From Candidatus Poribacteria bacterium (lineage in GTDB: Bacteria; Poribacteria; WGA-4E; UBA9662), in contig JAYZAL010000016.1 of assembly GCA_036339735.1 (NCBI GenBank), positions 1 through 64,000 on the forward strand: 64,000 nt of DNA. Direction: 5' to 3'. Shown piece after piece: positions 58,717 to 64,000 of the stretch (positions within the stretch are counted from its first letter, which is position 1; each line of letters begins with the position of its first letter). The notes under the pieces were generated by a model. That model searched no databases. It saw nothing but the letters and a program-made list of their open reading frames with translations, and was not told the origin of the DNA. The position numbers were made by a program, and so were the translations under genes.

Positions 58717-59526
58717 TTAGGAAGTCAGAAAACTTTTCCATACTAGTTGGGTCGCAAAAGCTAAAACGGCACACACCAGGACTACACGGATCCGTTTGTC
58801 GCCTTTTTCAACTGCCCATTGGCTTCCAACCCAAGCTCCCACGGCATTTCCAAAACCAAGAGCAATACCAAGCCCCCAATCGATGTGTCCGTTTCGGATA
58901 AAAATAGCTAAGGCTACCAGCGTACAAAAAAGTACAACCAACATTTTAAGAGCATTGGTTCTTACTAAGTCAAATCCATTAACGATAGTAAGCGTTGCAA
59001 TAATCATGAATCCTGCACCCGCCTGTATAAATCCCATATATATACCAAGCACGAAAAAAATCAAACCTGCTGTAATTTTTCGCGTTAGACTCAAATTTTG
59101 GATCTGTAGTTGAAATTTTTTAAGAGGATTGAATAATGTAAGAATCAAGACACCAACCATAATACCAGCTAGTACGCGGTTAAAAATAACACCACTCTTA
59201 TCAATTTTTCCTAATTTAATTACCAATAAGGTTCCGAAGACTGCTCCTAACATCGCGGGTAATGTGATCAGAATTCCATAACTAAAATCTGAAACTCCTT
59301 TCCGGCGAAAACCGACTACACCAACAATGTTTTGTAGCATAATCGCTAGTCGATTAGTACCATTAGCAATTGTAGCACCTGGTAACCCAAGAAAAATCAA
59401 GACAGGTAAAGTTAGTAGTGAACCACCACCAGCCACCGAATTAAGGAAGCCGGCAAAAATTCCAGTAAAGGTCAGTAAAGCATAGCGAGCAACTGGATGT
59501 TCTAATAGAGAAGTTAAAAAATCCAC
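58717..59526 (-). CDS. TauE/SafE family sulfite exporter (TSUP)
   Basis: AGFLNSVAGGGSLLTLP, ANGTNR, YMGFIQAGAG; about 8 TM segments. Confidence 0.88.
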   Translation of the reverse strand: MDFLTSLLEHPVARYALLTFTGIFAGFLNSVAGGGSLLTLPVLIFLGLPGATIANGTNRLAIMLQNIVGVVGFRRKGVSDFSYGILITLPAMLGAVFGTLLVIKLGKIDKSGVIFNRVLAGIMVGVLILTLFNPLKKFQLQIQNLSLTRKITAGLIFFVLGIYMGFIQAGAGFMIIATLTIVNGFDLVRTNALKMLVVLFCTLVALAIFIRNGHIDWGLGIALGFGNAVGAWVGSQWAVEKGDKRIRVVLVCAVLAFATQLVWKSFLTS

Positions 59527-59536
59527 GGAATATTTT

Positions 59537-60604
59537 TTAGTTTAGATGTTGATAAAAAAAGTCGCGTTGCTTGGGAGTAAGACCCAATTCACCAACGACT
59601 CTTTCGATTTCTTCCATCGGCATACAATAAACGGTACCTGCTTGGCTAACTACATTTTCCTCAATCATTGTCCCACCCATGTCGTTGGCTCCAAATTTTA
59701 GCGACAATTGACCGATTTTAGGACCTTGTGTCACCCAAGAAGACTGAAAATTATCGAAGTTATCTAATACCAATCGCGAAACAGCTAAAGTTTTTAAGTA
59801 TTCGAAACTACCAGCTGGAACAAGATGTTCTAACTGAGTATGATTAGGCTGTAACGACCAACAAATAAAAGCGGTAAAACCGTTGGTTTCGTCTTGTAGC
59901 TCACGGAGTCGAAGTAAGTGCTCCACGCGTTCAGCATAACTTTCTAAGTGACCATACATCATGGTTGCACTTGACCGTAAACCGACCAAATGCCCTTGTC
60001 GCATAACTTCTAACCATTCATCAGCTGTACACTTTTTCCTGCTAATTGCTTGCCTAGCATGATCTGTTAAAATTTCTGCCCCACCTCCTGGAATGGAGCC
60101 AAGTCCAGCTTCTTGTAACCTGGTCAGTGTCTCGGATAAAGAAATTTTGTTAATTTTGGCAAACCAATCTAATTCAGGTGGCGAAAACCCGTGAATATGG
60201 ATATCGTAATTGGACTTTATCCAACGAAGTAAATCTTCATACCATTCAAGTTTTAATGTTGGGTGAAGACCTCCCTGCAATAAAATCTGTACACCACCAA
60301 GATCCAATGTTTCTTCTATTTTTTCCCCGAGTTCCTCACGAGACATTACATAAGCATCAGGATCAGTTTTATGCCGATAAAAAGCACAAAAATCACAATC
60401 GACATAACATAAATTAGTATAATTTATATTGCGATCCACGATGTACGTAACGTAGCCATTGGGGTGGAGGCGTTGACGTACCTGATCAGCAGCATTTCCA
60501 ATAGAAATTAAGTCAAAACTTCTGAATAAGGAAAGACTGTCGTCAAAATTGAGACGTTGTCCAGCTAGAGCTTTCTCTAAGATTGGCTGAATTAGTTTAT
60601 CCAT
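59537..60604 (-). CDS. mqnC: cyclic dehypoxanthinyl futalosine synthase (radical SAM)
   Basis: VTYIVDRNINYTNLCYVDCDFCAFYR, LLQGGLHP, SIPGGGAEIL, SSWVTQG, GANDMGGTMIEENVV. Confidence 0.9.
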   Translation of the reverse strand: MDKLIQPILEKALAGQRLNFDDSLSLFRSFDLISIGNAADQVRQRLHPNGYVTYIVDRNINYTNLCYVDCDFCAFYRHKTDPDAYVMSREELGEKIEETLDLGGVQILLQGGLHPTLKLEWYEDLLRWIKSNYDIHIHGFSPPELDWFAKINKISLSETLTRLQEAGLGSIPGGGAEILTDHARQAISRKKCTADEWLEVMRQGHLVGLRSSATMMYGHLESYAERVEHLLRLRELQDETNGFTAFICWSLQPNHTQLEHLVPAGSFEYLKTLAVSRLVLDNFDNFQSSWVTQGPKIGQLSLKFGANDMGGTMIEENVVSQAGTVYCMPMEEIERVVGELGLTPKQRDFFYQHLN

Positions 60605-60672
60605 TTTAATTCTCTTGTAATTTAAATTTAGCCTTATCTGATATCAACTTTTAATTTCTAAATACCAAAAAT

Positions 60673-61533
60673 TTATTGACGCTTTGCTTGTGGCCCATGA
60701 GCAATGGGATCCGAACCGATCCACCGCTCGTCTGCGGGTTCAGACGCCGGTTGATAACGAGTATCTAGAGTCAACCTAATTCGATTATTAGGAGACTCAT
60801 TATCTAATGAACAATGCATTGTGTGCATTGTAAACAAAAGCAAATCACCAGCCTCAAAGTCAGTTGTCAGCCACTGGCCACCAAATTGTTTTTGTACTTC
60901 CATTGGATCCTGAGTATACCATCCACCAAATTGTTGAGTGCTTCGCTCATCATCAACATCAATTGAACCATAGGTGGAAATTAACTGGTTAAACTGATGT
61001 GAACCTTTCAAAATAGCTAAAGAACCTTCAGTCTTAGAAACATCCATTAAGGGAGTCCAACTGGTATGTAGTTGTTTAGAACCGCGCCCCATATAAACCC
61101 AATCATAGTGACAGCCAGTAGCTGTACCAACACTGACGGCTCGTACCCAAATAAAGTCAAAAGCACGAGCGGGTTCACCAAAGAATTGATTATAGAAATC
61201 GATCATTTCACCTCTTTGAGTCAAATTTCTGACGGCTACACCGTTTCGAAGATTCGCTTGATCTACTTTATTTTTCATTTCTAGATCAACACCTTCTCTG
61301 ATCAGATAATTCTCATCGACCGATCCATTCCGGTTCATTTTGATTAGCAATTCATCTCGTGCTGCCTTGACTTTTTCTTTATTTAGTAAACCTCGCAGAA
61401 GTAAATAACCATCTTCGGTGATTCTTTGTCTAAGTTTTGAAGGAGTATTGAGTAAATCATTCGATGAACGAAGCTCACCAAATTTACTAGGTGACATATC
61501 GAACTCGTTTTTACAAGAGGTCCAAGTCTTCAT
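60673..61533 (-). CDS. phytanoyl-CoA dioxygenase (PhyH) family protein
   Basis: EDGYLLLRGLL, HYD...MH triad, WTPLMD, LAILKGSH, RLTLDTRYQP. Confidence 0.85.
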   Translation of the reverse strand: MKTWTSCKNEFDMSPSKFGELRSSNDLLNTPSKLRQRITEDGYLLLRGLLNKEKVKAARDELLIKMNRNGSVDENYLIREGVDLEMKNKVDQANLRNGVAVRNLTQRGEMIDFYNQFFGEPARAFDFIWVRAVSVGTATGCHYDWVYMGRGSKQLHTSWTPLMDVSKTEGSLAILKGSHQFNQLISTYGSIDVDDERSTQQFGGWYTQDPMEVQKQFGGQWLTTDFEAGDLLLFTMHTMHCSLDNESPNNRIRLTLDTRYQPASEPADERWIGSDPIAHGPQAKRQ

Positions 61534-61704
61534 TTTGAATTATTGTTTACCCTTTTCCAGTCATTTGAGTTAGTGTTATTTTGAATCTTAATATAATTTG
61601 GGGGCAATTGCAACAATACCATCAAAGAATCAATTTTTGTTTCTTCTGATTCTAACCTGTGCTAAAATCTAGTACTGGCAGATGAGATTATAGGAGAATA
61701 TAGA

Positions 61705-62118
61705 ATGTCGAAGACTAAGTTAGTTCATATTGGGGTTCGGTGTACGAACTTAGAGAAAAGCCTCGTTTTTTGGCGAGATGCCCTGGGTCTGAAAATTAGC
61801 CAACAGACTGAAGATTGCTTTGATTTGACCGATGGGTTTCACAATTTTCGTGTTTTCCAACACAACGGTCCGGATCGCCCCCAGCATGTTAGTGGTATGC
61901 TAGATTACCTGCATATTGGAGTTTGTGTGCCGAACTTGGAAGAAGCAGCTGAGCGTTGTTTGGAAATGGGGTTTCAGATATTTTCAGATGGTCTTGGTGG
62001 TGAGGAGGTACTGGATCCACATGACATACAAGATACCGCCTTCAAAGTTGAAGACCCAGATGGTATCACTGTCGATATTACTTGCTCGGACCAACAGTGG
62101 CCAGGGATAAATATCTAG
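61705..62118 (+). CDS. VOC/glyoxalase family protein
   Basis: HIGVRCTNLEKSLVFWRDALGL, HIGVCVPNLE, EDPDGITVD. Confidence 0.88.
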   Translation: MSKTKLVHIGVRCTNLEKSLVFWRDALGLKISQQTEDCFDLTDGFHNFRVFQHNGPDRPQHVSGMLDYLHIGVCVPNLEEAAERCLEMGFQIFSDGLGGEEVLDPHDIQDTAFKVEDPDGITVDITCSDQQWPGINI

Positions 62119-62141
62119 AAGCCAAAACTGTTTATATACAA

Positions 62142-62177
62142 AAGAGGCTTGCTATATTCTGTCATAGCAAGCCTCTT
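62142..62177. terminator. bidirectional terminator between the VOC gene and the P-II gene
   Basis: Perfect 14-bp inverted repeat AAGAGGCTTGCTAT / ATAGCAAGCCTCTT with an A run on the left (T run on the minus strand). Confidence 0.8.
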
Positions 62178-62205
62178 ACAGTTAGTATTCTATTTCGGAG
62201 ATAAA

Positions 62206-62571
<366 letters not shown>

Positions 62572-62618
62572 TCAGTTGACTAACTAGTAAGACAGGTATA
62601 GAATGCGACGGTTATTTA

Positions 62619-63626
62619 CTAAACTGTTTTTGTGGTAGAAATAATCGCTGCCGCAATTTTGTAGGGATCTCCATTAGAAGCAGGTCTTCTGTCTTCAAGC
62701 CTACCTTTCCAACCATCTTCAACCGTATTGACAGGTATCCGGATTGATGCCGTTCTATCAGATTCACCGTAGGAAAACGTATCGATCGATTCAGTTTCGT
62801 GTAAACCTGTCAAACGTTGTTCATTATCTGCACCGTAGACCGATATATGTTTATCTATATTTTCTCCAAACGCCTCACAAATACCTTTGAACAGAGATTC
62901 ACCGCCAGTTTCTCTCATTGCTCCGTTAGAAAAGTTGGCATGCATCCCTGACCCGTTCCAATCTCCTTTAACTGGCTTAGGATGCCAATTGATTGCAATG
63001 CCGTACTTTTCAGCATTTCTTTCAGCCAGATATCTAGCAACCCAAATCTGATCTCCAGCTTCTTTTGCTCCCTTGGCAAATATCTGAAATTCCCACTGGC
63101 CTGTTGCTACCTCTGCGTTAATTCCTTCAACATTCAACCCTGCATCTAAGCATTGGTCAAGGTGAGTTTCAACAATCTCTCGACCGAATGTATTTTTAGC
63201 ACCTACACTACAGTAATAAGGTCCCTGAGGAGCGGGATAGGCAAATGCGGGAAAACCAAGGGGTAATTCAGTTTCTGGGTTCCACAAAAAGTATTCTTGC
63301 TCAAAACCGAACCAAAAATCGTTATCGTCGTCCTCAATAGTTGCCCGACCATTAGTCTCGTGCGGCGTACCATCGGCGTTCAGTACTTCTGACATTACGA
63401 GGTATCCGTTGAGCCTATCTGGATCTGGGAATATTGCTACGGGCTTTAGAAGACAGTCCGATGAGTCCCCGGAAGCTTGCTCGGTTGAACTACCATCAAA
63501 GTTCCACATGGGACAATCTTCTAATTTTCCTGAAAAGTCTTTCTCGATACGTGTTTTGCTTCTAAGACTTTGGGTTGGCTCGAAACCGTCCAACCAAATG
63601 TATTCTAATTTTGATTTTACGCTCAT
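62619..63626 (-). CDS. glnII: glutamine synthetase type II
   Basis: 335 aa; LEYIWLDG, LRSKT, WNFDGSST, WFGFEQEY, PQGPYYCSVG, GINAEV...QWEFQ, DWNGSGMH, RLTGLHET, LEDRRPASN. Confidence 0.9.
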   Translation of the reverse strand: MSVKSKLEYIWLDGFEPTQSLRSKTRIEKDFSGKLEDCPMWNFDGSSTEQASGDSSDCLLKPVAIFPDPDRLNGYLVMSEVLNADGTPHETNGRATIEDDDNDFWFGFEQEYFLWNPETELPLGFPAFAYPAPQGPYYCSVGAKNTFGREIVETHLDQCLDAGLNVEGINAEVATGQWEFQIFAKGAKEAGDQIWVARYLAERNAEKYGIAINWHPKPVKGDWNGSGMHANFSNGAMRETGGESLFKGICEAFGENIDKHISVYGADNEQRLTGLHETESIDTFSYGESDRTASIRIPVNTVEDGWKGRLEDRRPASNGDPYKIAAAIISTTKTV

Positions 63627-63708
63627 CTGTTAACACAGACCTCCAAACGAGTTATGTAAATAGTGACCAGAAAACAGGTTGCTTCACCTAACAGCTACAC
63701 TGTTTATG

Positions 63709-63724
63709 GCAATTTATATGCCAA
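63709..63724 (-). promoter_or_regulatory. sigma54 (-24/-12) promoter of glnII and P-II
   Basis: Minus strand TTGGCATATAAATTGC (GG-N10-GC), about 80 bp upstream of the glnII start. Confidence 0.75.
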
Positions 63725-63805
63725 ATTAAGAACCTAGTTCAATCGGGAATTATAGCACGAATACCCGTAAAATGACAGCTGCCAGCAAGAAAAAACAGCA
63801 GAACA

Positions 63806-63824
63806 TTGCCTAAAAATCAGGCAA
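63806..63824. promoter_or_regulatory. NtrC-like enhancer-binding palindrome
   Basis: TTGCCT-AAAAATC-AGGCAA (TGC-N11-GCA core), about 85-100 bp upstream of the sigma54 box. Confidence 0.6.
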
Positions 63825-63999
63825 GCTGCTGAAAGTCGTGGCTGAACCGGCTACCTTCCGGCTCAATCTGGCCAGCATACTTATTGCCGCTTTTCTTTTT
63901 ATAAGGGACTTTGACTGGAGAAGATAATTGTTGAAAAGTGAAAGCACAAATTCGATCGCCGGGATACAGCTTAACCGGCATTCGCCCGAGGTTACCTAA
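63817..63999 (-). CDS. dcd: dCTP deaminase, 3' end only (gene continues beyond the window)
   Basis: Manual translation: LGNLGRMPVKLYPGDRICAFTFQQLSSPVKVPYKKKSGNKYAGQIEPEGSRFSHDFQQLA*, including the C-terminal KY.GQ..P..SR motif. Confidence 0.8.
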   Translation of the reverse strand, partial: LGNLGRMPVKLYPGDRICAFTFQQLSSPVKVPYKKKSGNKYAGQIEPEGSRFSHDFQQLA

Positions 64000-64000
64000 T

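Noticed and set aside
63627-63700. glnA-type glutamine riboswitch in the glnII leader
   Set aside because: No convincing three-stem structure by eye; an Rfam/Infernal scan would be needed.

Overview
Gene-dense bacterial chromosome segment, AT-rich by eye, with no CRISPR array, rRNA, transposase or prophage visible. Gene content suggests Candidatus Poribacteria or a similar marine lineage (inference only): PhyH dioxygenases, sulfatase, DUF1501, a TPR protein, tandem family-5 SBPs and a C-terminal 'VDSTGKLTTTWSSIR' motif. Left to right: an AddB-like nuclease (5' truncated); an ABC importer with two SBPs followed by PhyH-HEAT, beta-keto acid cleavage and acyl-CoA ligase genes; rimI; guaA; an ECF sigma pair; lysA; DUF1501; a LysM lipoprotein; a 2051-aa C25/PorU-like peptidase; a run of 5 tRNAs-tig-clpP-clpX-lon-S4 protein; sugar and sulfate catabolism genes; mqnC; and glnII-P-II. 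The ORF track misses several features. (1) A UGA-split TlpA-type thioredoxin with a UxxC site and a SECIS-like hairpin (probable selenoprotein). (2) A 384-bp gene-less element at the guaA 3' end, with 18-bp direct repeats and arm-type-like repeats. (3) Five tRNAs. (4) A GAF-domain pseudogene. (5) A sigma54 promoter and NtrC-like box before glnII. (6) The 3' end of dcd. The best candidate for an undescribed system is a T9SS-like C-terminal sorting/secretion set: the PorU-like peptidase, two CTD-like tails and a short GKLTTTW tail.
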